Positions 35,354 through 43,135 of a stretch of DNA of 44,716 nt are shown piece after piece (the stretch's first letter is position 1; each line of letters starts with the position of its first letter). This DNA is from Chloroflexia bacterium. GTDB lineage: Bacteria; Chloroflexota; Chloroflexia; Thermomicrobiales; UBA6265. The translations under genes and the position numbers were made by a program. The notes beneath the pieces are model-generated. The model saw nothing but the letters and a program-made list of their open reading frames with translations. It was not told where the DNA came from and did not search any database. The DNA is taken from the NCBI GenBank assembly GCA_013698305.1, contig JACCVC010000041.1:1-44716 (forward strand), in the 5' to 3' direction.

Positions 35354-36338
35354 GATGCCGGACCTCCTCCCGCATCTCCCCGACCGTGCCGAGGTAGATG
35401 TCTTCCAGCGATCGCGACCTGGTCCGTAACGATCGTAGCGACGCTCCTTGCTCGACGGCGAGATCGCGGATCAGGTCATACACGGCCTCGTCGTTCACCT
35501 CGACTACAAGCTCCTCGAATCCCATCTCCAGGTCTGCCGGCCGGACCGTCACGCCCTGGCTCTCCAGTCCCCGTTGGAACGCGTCCTGGTCGCCGTCGAT
35601 ATGGACGATAGCCTCGCCGCCGATCACGTCCAGGCCGCCCAACGTCTGGGCCGCGACCAGTCGCCCTCCGTCCAGGATGACCACGTAGTTGCAGACCTTC
35701 TCGACATCCTCGAGGATGTGCGTTGACACCACCACGGCGATGCCCAGTTGGCGATAGACCCGCTCGATCAGCTCGAGCATCTCCTCTCGCCCCTCGGGAT
35801 CCATGCCCGACGTCGGCTCGTCCAGGAAGATCAGCTTTGGGTCATGCACGATCGCCTGGGCCAGCTTCACTCGCTGGCGCATCCCGGTCGAGAAACCCTT
35901 GATCAGGCGATAACGCTCTTCCGCCAACCCGACTTGATACAGCACGTCGGCGGCGCGTTGGCGGGCGGCGCGTGGCGGCAGGCCGCTCATCTCCGCCATG
36001 TGGCCGACGAAGTCGGCGGCGGTGGTGTTGGTCGGCAGCCCCTCGGCTTCGGGCATGTAGCCGACAAACTCGCGGACCTTCGTGCCCTCGGCGCGCGTGT
36101 CGAAGCCGACCACGCTGGCGCTGCCGCTGTCGGGAGAAATCAGCCCCAACAGGGTTCTGATCAGCGTGGTCTTTCCGGCGCCATTGGCGCCGAGCAGCCC
36201 GACCGCCGCGCGTGGCACGGTCAGCCGGATATCGTCCAGCGCGACGAACGATCCGAAACTCTTGCGCAGGCCGCGCACGTCGATGGCGGGTTGCTCATCG
36301 GCGTGCGGCATGGAACCTGCGTCCTGGGTGACGTGCAT
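35346..36338 (-). CDS. ABC transporter ATP-binding protein
   Basis: Walker A GANGAGKTT, signature FSTGMRQR, Walker B LIFLDEP, plus a C-terminal accessory domain. Confidence 0.88.
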   Translation of the reverse strand: MHVTQDAGSMPHADEQPAIDVRGLRKSFGSFVALDDIRLTVPRAAVGLLGANGAGKTTLIRTLLGLISPDSGSASVVGFDTRAEGTKVREFVGYMPEAEGLPTNTTAADFVGHMAEMSGLPPRAARQRAADVLYQVGLAEERYRLIKGFSTGMRQRVKLAQAIVHDPKLIFLDEPTSGMDPEGREEMLELIERVYRQLGIAVVVSTHILEDVEKVCNYVVILDGGRLVAAQTLGGLDVIGGEAIVHIDGDQDAFQRGLESQGVTVRPADLEMGFEELVVEVNDEAVYDLIRDLAVEQGASLRSLRTRSRSLEDIYLGTVGEMREEVRHRV

Positions 36339-36724
36339 CGTGATCCTGTTCCGGTCATGACAAGTTCATCACATCGGCATCGCGCGTTTCCCTGGGCCGA
36401 TCGAACGCCCGGCATCGAAAAGAAACGCGTGAATTTGAGTATACCCACGGTGATGACAAAACCTTGTCGACGATGTGTCCGAATATAGTGTCAGAGATGT
36501 TGCGAATTGGCCGCCTCGACGATCGGTCCGGGCGCCGGTCTAGACGCAGATGCTATGCTGATTGCGTGAGAAGAGAAACATTGTCCGTCACTTCTGACGG
36601 TGGAGGGCCGCTGGTCCGCCCGCCGGGGGAGACGACCCTGATACTACCGGGCTCCTGGCACAGCGGTATCGACTGACGAACGCATCTGGAATTTTGGGTT
36701 CAGGTTGACAGCGGGAGGTGTTCA

Positions 36725-37495
36725 ATGCCCTCACAACTTGCGCAGACCACGAGTTTGACCTTGACTCGCGCGATCTCCACCGATGGCCACACCATCACAG
36801 AACGTCCGGAGCGGGGGTTGCCGTATCCGACGGTAGGGTTGGTGGCGGCGTATCGCTGTCAGCGCCTTCGGCTGTCCATGCGTTTTGGGACGATTCCGTC
36901 GTTTCGAATGCTTCCCATGTCCGCGCAGGATGTCGTCATGCCCAGGCAGGTGGCGTCAAGCGTTCTTGCGCCGGAGTGCGACCTGTTGGTGGTGGAGCCG
37001 GGCGATCTTGCCCACGAGACGTTGAGCGAACTCGTCCAGGTTGCCCGCAGGCATGACCTGCCGCTCATCTGGCTGGGCGAGCCGCCTATTGTCCATCGAT
37101 TGGCGTCCGCCGCGATCCCAGGCGGCATCATCCCCAGCCAGGCCAGCACCACCCAGGTCGAACGCACGTTGCAGGCGGCGATTGCCGGGCTGACGGTGAT
37201 TCACCCTGACTACGCGCATGTGGTCGACCAGACCGAGCCTGATCCCGACCCGGTGCCGTACATCGTCGAACCCGAGCCGACCCCGATCGTCGCCGAGCCG
37301 GTGCTGTCGCCGCGTGAGCATGAGGTGATGTCCCACGTCGCGTCTGGCTTGCCGAACAAGGCCATCGCCCGGATGCTCGGCATCACGGATCATACGGTGA
37401 AGTTCCACGTCAGCTCGGTCCTCACCAAGCTCAATGCTGCCAGCCGCACCGAGGCGGTCGCCATCGCCACCCGCGGCGGCCTGCTGGACACATAA
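36725..37495 (+). CDS. LuxR/NarL-family HTH regulator with a degenerate (pseudo-)receiver domain
   Basis: C-terminal LSPREHEVMSHVASGLPNKAIARMLGITDHTVKFHVSSVLTKLN. The N-terminal region is receiver-like but lacks the acidic pocket and has Glu (36995-36997) where the phospho-Asp is expected. Strong RBS GGGAGG lies 7 nt before the ATG. Confidence 0.8.
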   Translation: MPSQLAQTTSLTLTRAISTDGHTITERPERGLPYPTVGLVAAYRCQRLRLSMRFGTIPSFRMLPMSAQDVVMPRQVASSVLAPECDLLVVEPGDLAHETLSELVQVARRHDLPLIWLGEPPIVHRLASAAIPGGIIPSQASTTQVERTLQAAIAGLTVIHPDYAHVVDQTEPDPDPVPYIVEPEPTPIVAEPVLSPREHEVMSHVASGLPNKAIARMLGITDHTVKFHVSSVLTKLNAASRTEAVAIATRGGLLDT

Positions 37496-37527
37496 CGCCG
37501 CGTGCGGTTACTCATTCCGGCATGCGA

Positions 37528-37559
37528 CTGAGGGCCGGCACAAGGCCGGCCCTCAGTAC
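37528..37559. repeat. REP-like hairpin (perfect 12-bp stem) followed by GTAC
   Basis: CTGAGGGCCGGC-ACAAG-GCCGGCCCTCAG (37528-37556) with GTAC at 37556-37559. Confidence 0.8.
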
Positions 37560-37605
37560 GCGTGTTCGCATCCTGTTCACGTTCACGAGGAGTTCGTATC
37601 AGCCT

Positions 37606-37914
37606 CTACATCGGCTCCGGCAAAGACCCAACCTCATGCTCCGGGAATGCAAAGAAATCGAACATCCGGGCTGCGTCCGCCGCTGCCCAATGAGACCGGG
37701 TGACCTCCAGCGCCGCGTCGACCAGCCGCCTTCGGGCGCCATCCAGGGATCGGTACTGCGCGTTGCCCTCCTGGATGCGGATCGACCCGAGGTCTTCATG
37801 GCGCCCCCAGATCACCAGCCATCCCAACCGGATCGGGTGGACCTCGACGAAGCGGCCATGGTCGTTCCAGACAAAGGCGTTCGGAGCAGTTTGGTGGCCG
37901 CTGGCGTTCGCCAC
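37606..37914 (-). CDS. Small ORF (102 aa) resembling only the C-terminal third of an alpha/beta-hydrolase; possible gene remnant
   Basis: GC3-rich frame. A GTG lies 3 nt after the dppC-like stop. WLVIWGRHED (Asp strand-like) and TRSHW...FDFF (His-loop-like) are present, but no nucleophile elbow. The upstream part of the same track ORF is antisense junk over the permease gene. Confidence 0.45.
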   Translation of the reverse strand: MANASGHQTAPNAFVWNDHGRFVEVHPIRLGWLVIWGRHEDLGSIRIQEGNAQYRSLDGARRRLVDAALEVTRSHWAAADAARMFDFFAFPEHEVGSLPEPM

Positions 37915-37916
37915 GA

Positions 37917-38909
37917 TCAGCCGCCGGACTTGCGTGGGTCCAGCGCATCCCGCAGGCCGTCCCCCATGTAGTTGATCGCCAGCACCGTCAGGAAAATCAT
38001 CGTGCCCGGGAAGATCGCCTCCCACATGTTGATGCCCAGGTAGTCCCTGGCGCGGTTCAGCATTTGCCCCCAGGTGGGAACGTCTGACGGGAAGCCAAGC
38101 CCGAGGAACGACAGCGACGATTCGGTGATGATCGCCGCGCCAACCTGCAACGTCGCCGCCACGATGATCGGGCTGAGCACGTTCGGCAGAATATGCTTGG
38201 CGATCAGGCTGGTTCGAGTCGCGCCGATGGAGGTTGCGGCCTCGACGAACTCCTTCTCCTTGACCGAGAGAAAGCTCGCTCGGACCAGTCGCGCCGTCGG
38301 CATCCACGCCAGCAGGCCGATCACCAGCACGATCAGGATGAAGATGCCGAGCGTGCCGTTGTCGAAGTTTTCATCGAAGAAGTCAACCATCGAATCCCTG
38401 AACAGGAAGGTGATCAACAGCAGGAGCGGGAGTTGCGGTAGGCTGATGAACATGTCGGTGACGCGCATCAGGATGCTGTCCGTCGCTCCACCAAAGAATC
38501 CGGCGAGCGCGCCGATCAGCGTGCCAATGGTAATGGCCACGAACGCCGCGACAAGCCCCACCGAAAGCGATATACGACCGCCGAACAGAATTCGGGCGAG
38601 GACATCCTGGCCGAGCGAGTCAGTGCCCATCAGGCGATCGAGCGAGGGGCCAGCGCTGATGTCGTAGTCATACGGCGCATTGACCTCGACTGTGTAGACC
38701 AACGGCAGAAGCAGCACCGCCAGCAGAAACGTTACGAATACGACCAGGCCCGCCATCGCCAGCTTGTGCTTGCGGAACTGCTGCCAGGCATTGCCCCAAA
38801 GCGATCGTTGCTTGCGAACGCGCGAGATGCCTCCGCGATCACCTGCCGCCGCCGCCAGCGTCGATTGAGATGTTGCCGTCGCCTTCGCTACTTGTTCCTC
38901 ACGTGCCAT
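37917..38909 (-). CDS. ABC peptide/nickel-type transporter permease (DppC/OppC-like)
   Basis: GTDSLGQDVLARILFGG and ...INYMGDGLRDALDPR. I prefer the ATG at 38909 (GGAGA 7 nt upstream) to 38915. Confidence 0.87.
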   Translation of the reverse strand: MAREEQVAKATATSQSTLAAAAGDRGGISRVRKQRSLWGNAWQQFRKHKLAMAGLVVFVTFLLAVLLLPLVYTVEVNAPYDYDISAGPSLDRLMGTDSLGQDVLARILFGGRISLSVGLVAAFVAITIGTLIGALAGFFGGATDSILMRVTDMFISLPQLPLLLLITFLFRDSMVDFFDENFDNGTLGIFILIVLVIGLLAWMPTARLVRASFLSVKEKEFVEAATSIGATRTSLIAKHILPNVLSPIIVAATLQVGAAIITESSLSFLGLGFPSDVPTWGQMLNRARDYLGINMWEAIFPGTMIFLTVLAINYMGDGLRDALDPRKSGG

Positions 38910-38983
38910 GTGCATTCTCCAACGGAAGAAACGGGGCTATCGGTACACGACGCGCCGCCTCTGGCGACCGGTTCCTGGCCGTG

Positions 38984-39931
38984 CTAATCATATTTGATGC
39001 GCGGATCCAGGGTGGCGTAGAGGATGTCGGCAACCACATTGAATAACACCACCAGGATCGACACACCGAACGTGATGGCCATCACGACCGGGATGTCGCT
39101 GGCAAGGATCGAGGAGATCAGGGCGCTGCCGAGACCTGGCACCCGGAAGATCTGCTCGGTGATGACCGCGCCACCCACCACGGTCGGCAGTTGCAGCGCG
39201 ATGATCGTCACGACGGGAATCAGGGCATTACGCAGCGAATGTCGGACAATGACGGCGCTTTCCTTCAGCCCCTTGGCGCGAGCAGTCCGCACATAGTCCT
39301 GGTTGATCGTTTCCAGCATCGACGCCCGAACGAATCGGACGAGCTGGGCCGCGCTGAACAGGGCCAGCACCGTGATCGGCATGATCGATTGCTGGATATT
39401 GGGCCAGATCCCTTCCCGTGTCGAGGTGTATACGAACGGAAGCCAATCGAGCTGGATGCTGAAAATGATGATCAGCAGGAGCCCCGAGAAAAAGGTCGGA
39501 ATGCTGAAGCCGATGAAGGCGGCCGTTGTGGCGACGTTGTCGAAAACGCTGTACTGCTTGATCGCCGAAAGGGTGCCAACCGGAATCGCGATCAGGATGC
39601 TCAGCAGGTAGGCGGTGCCGCTGATCCATAACGTCACTGGTATCCGGTCCAGCACGTAGTCACGCACCGGGACCCGCGCAGTGAACGATTCGCCCCAGTC
39701 GAGACGAAGGAAGTAGGCTTCGGCCCACTTGAAGTACTGGATATAGAACGGATCGTCGAGCCCATACGACTCCCGGATGCGTTGTTGCACTTCCGGCGGC
39801 ACGTTTGGGTTGGTCGCCAGCTCGCCGAGCGGATCGCCAGGGGCGAGAAACATGATGAGATACAGGATCACGCTGATCGCAATCAGGGTGACCACGGAAA
39901 TCAGCAGGCGCCGGATGAGATATCTACCCAC
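38984..39931 (-). CDS. ABC peptide/nickel-type transporter permease (DppB/OppB-like)
   Basis: N-terminus GRYLIRRLLISVVTL and C-terminus ...DILYATLDPRIKYD. The GTG at 39931 has AGGAG 7 nt upstream. The track N-terminal extension is unlikely to be coding. Confidence 0.87.
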   Translation of the reverse strand: MGRYLIRRLLISVVTLIAISVILYLIMFLAPGDPLGELATNPNVPPEVQQRIRESYGLDDPFYIQYFKWAEAYFLRLDWGESFTARVPVRDYVLDRIPVTLWISGTAYLLSILIAIPVGTLSAIKQYSVFDNVATTAAFIGFSIPTFFSGLLLIIIFSIQLDWLPFVYTSTREGIWPNIQQSIMPITVLALFSAAQLVRFVRASMLETINQDYVRTARAKGLKESAVIVRHSLRNALIPVVTIIALQLPTVVGGAVITEQIFRVPGLGSALISSILASDIPVVMAITFGVSILVVLFNVVADILYATLDPRIKYD

Positions 39932-40126
39932 AACAAGGCTCCTCTCGGGGAGGAATCGAATGAACCGAAACCGGCCCACGCTTGCCGACCGATCGCATGA
40001 GTTCACCCCGTGATACGAAGATCATCACTATACATTGGCACGGGCGGAAGTCCAACCCGTAGCGTACCGTCGACTGCGACCGGCGCGCGAGGCGACGCTG
40101 CCTCGAGTGCTTGGGAAATCGGTGGA

Positions 40127-40155
40127 ATCGTACGTGCCACAGCCACCTGCGTCAA
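40127..40155 (-). promoter_or_regulatory. Candidate sigma-70-type promoter for the permease operon
   Basis: Minus-strand TTGACG (40155-40150), a 17-nt spacer, then TACGAT (40132-40127), about 190 nt upstream of the GTG at 39931. This is pattern matching only. Confidence 0.25.
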
Positions 40156-40278
40156 GGTAGGCTGGGCCGGGATCGCAACGACGGGCGACGACCAGGCATC
40201 CGATTGCGCGTATATTGCGTAGTATCGTGAGTAGGGAGGTTTGCTCGGATACAAGACGCCATGATTCAGGAGTCGTAC

Positions 40279-41247
40279 ATGTGCCACTCGCTTTCTCGTC
40301 GTGGGTTCCTGATGGCCGCCGCCGCCGCCATCGGGCCACAACACCTGCTCGCCCGGCAGGACGTTCAGCGCCTCGACAATGTCTGGTCCTTGCCGCTTCG
40401 TGACGCTGACGGCGTGCCTGGCGACGGGTTGCTCATTCGCCACGGCTTCGCCTGCGAGAATACCTGGTACTACCTGGGCAGGTGGCACGCGGCCGAAGAC
40501 TGGTATCGGTTGGACGACGTCGATACCGCTGGCGCTGAGGTGCTGGCCGTCCACGCGGGCGAAGTCATGTGGATCGGGAGTGATTATCCGGGCCGGGTGG
40601 TGCTCGTGCTCCATGAGGGCGGGCTGTACTCGATGTACGGCCACCTGGATTACGCCGTCGATGTCCGCGAGGGTGACCGGGTCGTGGCGGGGCAGGTGAT
40701 CGGACGAGTACTCGACGCGACTGGTTGGCGAGCGCCCAACCACCTGCACTTCGAAATCCGTAACTTCTTCTACAACCCCGATGTCAACGGCGATACGCCG
40801 AAGTATGACTACGCATGTGGCTATCGATGCCCGCCAGGCCCAGGATACTGGCCAATGGATGACCCGCGGCATCCATCCGAGATGGGATGGCGCAACCCGT
40901 CCCATGTGATCCATCGCGGGTTCGCGGATGTCGGGTTCAATTCAGAGGTCATCGTTGGTGAGGCCGCTACCGGGCTGAGCGGGCCGATACGGTCGGAGCC
41001 GGACAAGTACGCCCCGATCACGGGAGAGATCGTCTTTCGGGCGGGAGACCGATTTCTTTTGCGAGACGTCGAAACGGACGATCCCGCTTCTCTTGGAACC
41101 AGTGCATTGGGATACAGGGTTTGGTATCAGCTGGAGTTCGCTGACGGCGGCAATGGCTGGCTGCCGGCGCTGATCGCCGACGATCGCGACACCCAGGCAG
41201 ATGGCCGGCCATCGAGCCTTCGCCCGCTGTTATTGCCCGTGACGTGA
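40279..41247 (+). CDS. M23 family metallopeptidase with a twin-arginine signal peptide and a C-terminal SH3b-like domain
   Basis: Tat motif SRRGFLMAAAAAIG. M23 motifs HAAED (HxxxD) and NHLHFE (HxH). C-terminal beta-rich YRVWYQLEFADGGNGWLP. The ATG at 40279 has GGAG 6 nt upstream; an alternative ATG is at 40261. Confidence 0.82.
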   Translation: MCHSLSRRGFLMAAAAAIGPQHLLARQDVQRLDNVWSLPLRDADGVPGDGLLIRHGFACENTWYYLGRWHAAEDWYRLDDVDTAGAEVLAVHAGEVMWIGSDYPGRVVLVLHEGGLYSMYGHLDYAVDVREGDRVVAGQVIGRVLDATGWRAPNHLHFEIRNFFYNPDVNGDTPKYDYACGYRCPPGPGYWPMDDPRHPSEMGWRNPSHVIHRGFADVGFNSEVIVGEAATGLSGPIRSEPDKYAPITGEIVFRAGDRFLLRDVETDDPASLGTSALGYRVWYQLEFADGGNGWLPALIADDRDTQADGRPSSLRPLLLPVT

Positions 41248-41274
41248 TAGCGCAACGACATTGACGATCGATTT

Positions 41275-41329
41275 GTAGGGGCCGACCTTGTGTCGGCCCG
41301 AGCCGCGGGAGGACACAAGGTCCTCCCCT
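41275..41329. repeat. REPIN-like inverted doublet of GTAG-headed hairpins
   Basis: GTAG-GGGCCGAC-CTTGTG-TCGGCCC, spacer gagccgc, then GGGAGGAC-AAG-GTCCTCCC-CTAC. It lies between the convergent M23 and pepF genes. Confidence 0.85.
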
Positions 41330-41373
41330 ACACGGCGGTGTGTAAAAGCGCCGTGTAGTCAGGGACTTGCAGA

Positions 41374-43068
41374 TCAGCCCTCCAGCGACTCGAGTTCGGA
41401 TTCGACCAGCCCCACCAACTCGCCCATGCTATCGGCGTCGAAGATCAGTCGCGCTCCGGCGGCGTCGAACAGTTCCGGCAGCGGTCGGGAACCGCCCAGC
41501 GCCAGCGCGCTGCGGTATGCTTTCACCGCGCCGGAGTGATCCACCACGCTGTTGCGCCACACCTGCAACGCCCCCAACTGCGCGATCCCATACTCGATGT
41601 AATAGAACGGGTACAGGAACAGGTGGAGTTGCTTGTGCCAGCGAGCCGCTCGCTCGGCGTCGAGACCGCTCCAGTCCGCATGGGGGTCGAATGTTGCCCA
41701 CAGTTCCCGGAAATACGCGTCGCGGGCGTCCCGGTCGGCGGCGTCCGGGCTGGTGTACAGCCAATGCTGGAACGCATCGACCGTCGCGACCCACGGAAAT
41801 ATCTCGAGGATTCCTTCGAGGTGGTCAACGCGGGCGCGGCGATAGTCGTCCTCGTTGTAATAGCCGCCGGTTGAGACGTGGAGCGATGGCGCCGCCAGCA
41901 ACTCCATCGACATCGAGGCGACCTCGGCCATCTCGCTGCCGGGGTGGCGCTGGAACACGAAGGGCAGGTCGAACGCAGCGAAACCGTGGAAGGCGTGTCC
42001 CGCCTCATGGAGCAAGGTGCGGACGTCCCGCTCCACGCCGGACGCGTTCATGAAGATGAACGGACGCTTGCTGGCCGGGAAACTGGTGCAGAACCCTCCT
42101 GGACGCTTGCCCTGCCTGCTTTCGAGATCGAGTAGCTCCTCGTCGATCATGGTCTGAAACTGATCGCCGAACACCGGGTCGACCCTGCCGAAGATCCTCT
42201 GGGCAGTGCTGTTGAGCTGATTGACGGTATCGTACGGCGCGAGCGGCTCCCGTCCCTCGGGGTCGTGGCCCGTGTCCCATGGCCGCAACGAGTCGAAACC
42301 CATCTGCCGCTTGCGGCGCTCCATGCGGCGACCGACCGCCGGGACGAACGTCTGCGCGACGGCGTCGTGCCACGACCGGCAGTCGTCCGGCGTGTAGTCG
42401 TACCGGTGCTTGGACTGGAACGTGTACTCCATATAATTTTCGAAGCCGGCGTTGCGAGCGACCTTCTGGCGCCGTTCCAGTTGCCGATCGAAGATGTCGG
42501 CCAGGCCCTCGCGCTGCTCGATGTAGGGCGCGAACTGAAGCCGAAAGGCCCGTTCGCGGATGTCCCGGTCGGGATCGAGCAGGTACTTGGCCAGGCGCGG
42601 CAGGGGGATCTCCTTGCCGTCCCATTCGACCTGCATGCCGCCGGTGCGCTTGTTGTAGTCGGCGTTCAACTGCTGGAGTTCGCCTTCCAGCGGCATGTTT
42701 TCCTCGCGGAACAGGTCCTTGTCGGTCTGGAATCGTCGCAGCGTGGTCTGCATGTCATCGCGGGAGTAGCCGGTTTCCAGGAGGCGGTTCGCCAGCTTGA
42801 CCGTCTGCTCGTTGCGCAATGGGCCGATGTCCTTGCTGAATCGGAGAAACGTGGCTTCCTTGTCCGCGTCGGCGGTGTCACAGGAATACGCGACATTGGC
42901 GCGGCTGTGTGCCTCCATCAGCGCGGCTTCGAGCGCGGACCAGTCCTCCAGCCAGCTTTCGGTATCGTCGGGCGCAAGCGGGCGTTCGAGCAGTTCGGTG
43001 TACCAGGGAAGGATGTCGTCCCACGTCGCGTCGGCGAACGTGGCGGAGCTCGGAAGGGTCTGGGTCAT
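41374..43068 (-). CDS. pepF: M3 family oligoendopeptidase F
   Basis: Zinc motif HEAGHAFH and the overall M3B pattern. The ATG at 43068 has AGGAG 7 nt upstream, so I prefer it to the GTG at 43089. Confidence 0.88.
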   Translation of the reverse strand: MTQTLPSSATFADATWDDILPWYTELLERPLAPDDTESWLEDWSALEAALMEAHSRANVAYSCDTADADKEATFLRFSKDIGPLRNEQTVKLANRLLETGYSRDDMQTTLRRFQTDKDLFREENMPLEGELQQLNADYNKRTGGMQVEWDGKEIPLPRLAKYLLDPDRDIRERAFRLQFAPYIEQREGLADIFDRQLERRQKVARNAGFENYMEYTFQSKHRYDYTPDDCRSWHDAVAQTFVPAVGRRMERRKRQMGFDSLRPWDTGHDPEGREPLAPYDTVNQLNSTAQRIFGRVDPVFGDQFQTMIDEELLDLESRQGKRPGGFCTSFPASKRPFIFMNASGVERDVRTLLHEAGHAFHGFAAFDLPFVFQRHPGSEMAEVASMSMELLAAPSLHVSTGGYYNEDDYRRARVDHLEGILEIFPWVATVDAFQHWLYTSPDAADRDARDAYFRELWATFDPHADWSGLDAERAARWHKQLHLFLYPFYYIEYGIAQLGALQVWRNSVVDHSGAVKAYRSALALGGSRPLPELFDAAGARLIFDADSMGELVGLVESELESLEG

Positions 43069-43135
43069 GGAGAAACTCCTGGCTGACACCGATCGGGTGA
43101 TCGATGTGTCGCTGTTTTGCGTTGGACATGGTACG

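Noticed and set aside
36464-36676. 70-aa ORF in the ABC / LuxR divergent spacer
   Set aside because: It has no RBS, an Arg-rich composition and no GC3 bias comparable to the neighbouring genes.
37915-38307. N-terminal two-thirds of track ORF 37606..38307 (-)
   Set aside because: It overlaps the dppC-like gene out of frame and translates to Gly/Arg/Pro/His junk. I kept only the part downstream of the permease stop as a candidate small CDS.
39932-40278. Possible cobalamin or other riboswitch in the leader of the permease operon
   Set aside because: I looked for a B12-box-like core and other riboswitch consensus sequences I know on both strands. I found none, only a generic hairpin (CGAGGC-GACGCT-GCCTCG) and promoter-like hexamers.
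40003-40914. 303-aa minus-strand ORF antisense to the M23 peptidase gene and the divergent spacer
   Set aside because: The plus strand carries the Tat signal and the M23 motifs. This frame has no motifs and extends through non-coding spacer.
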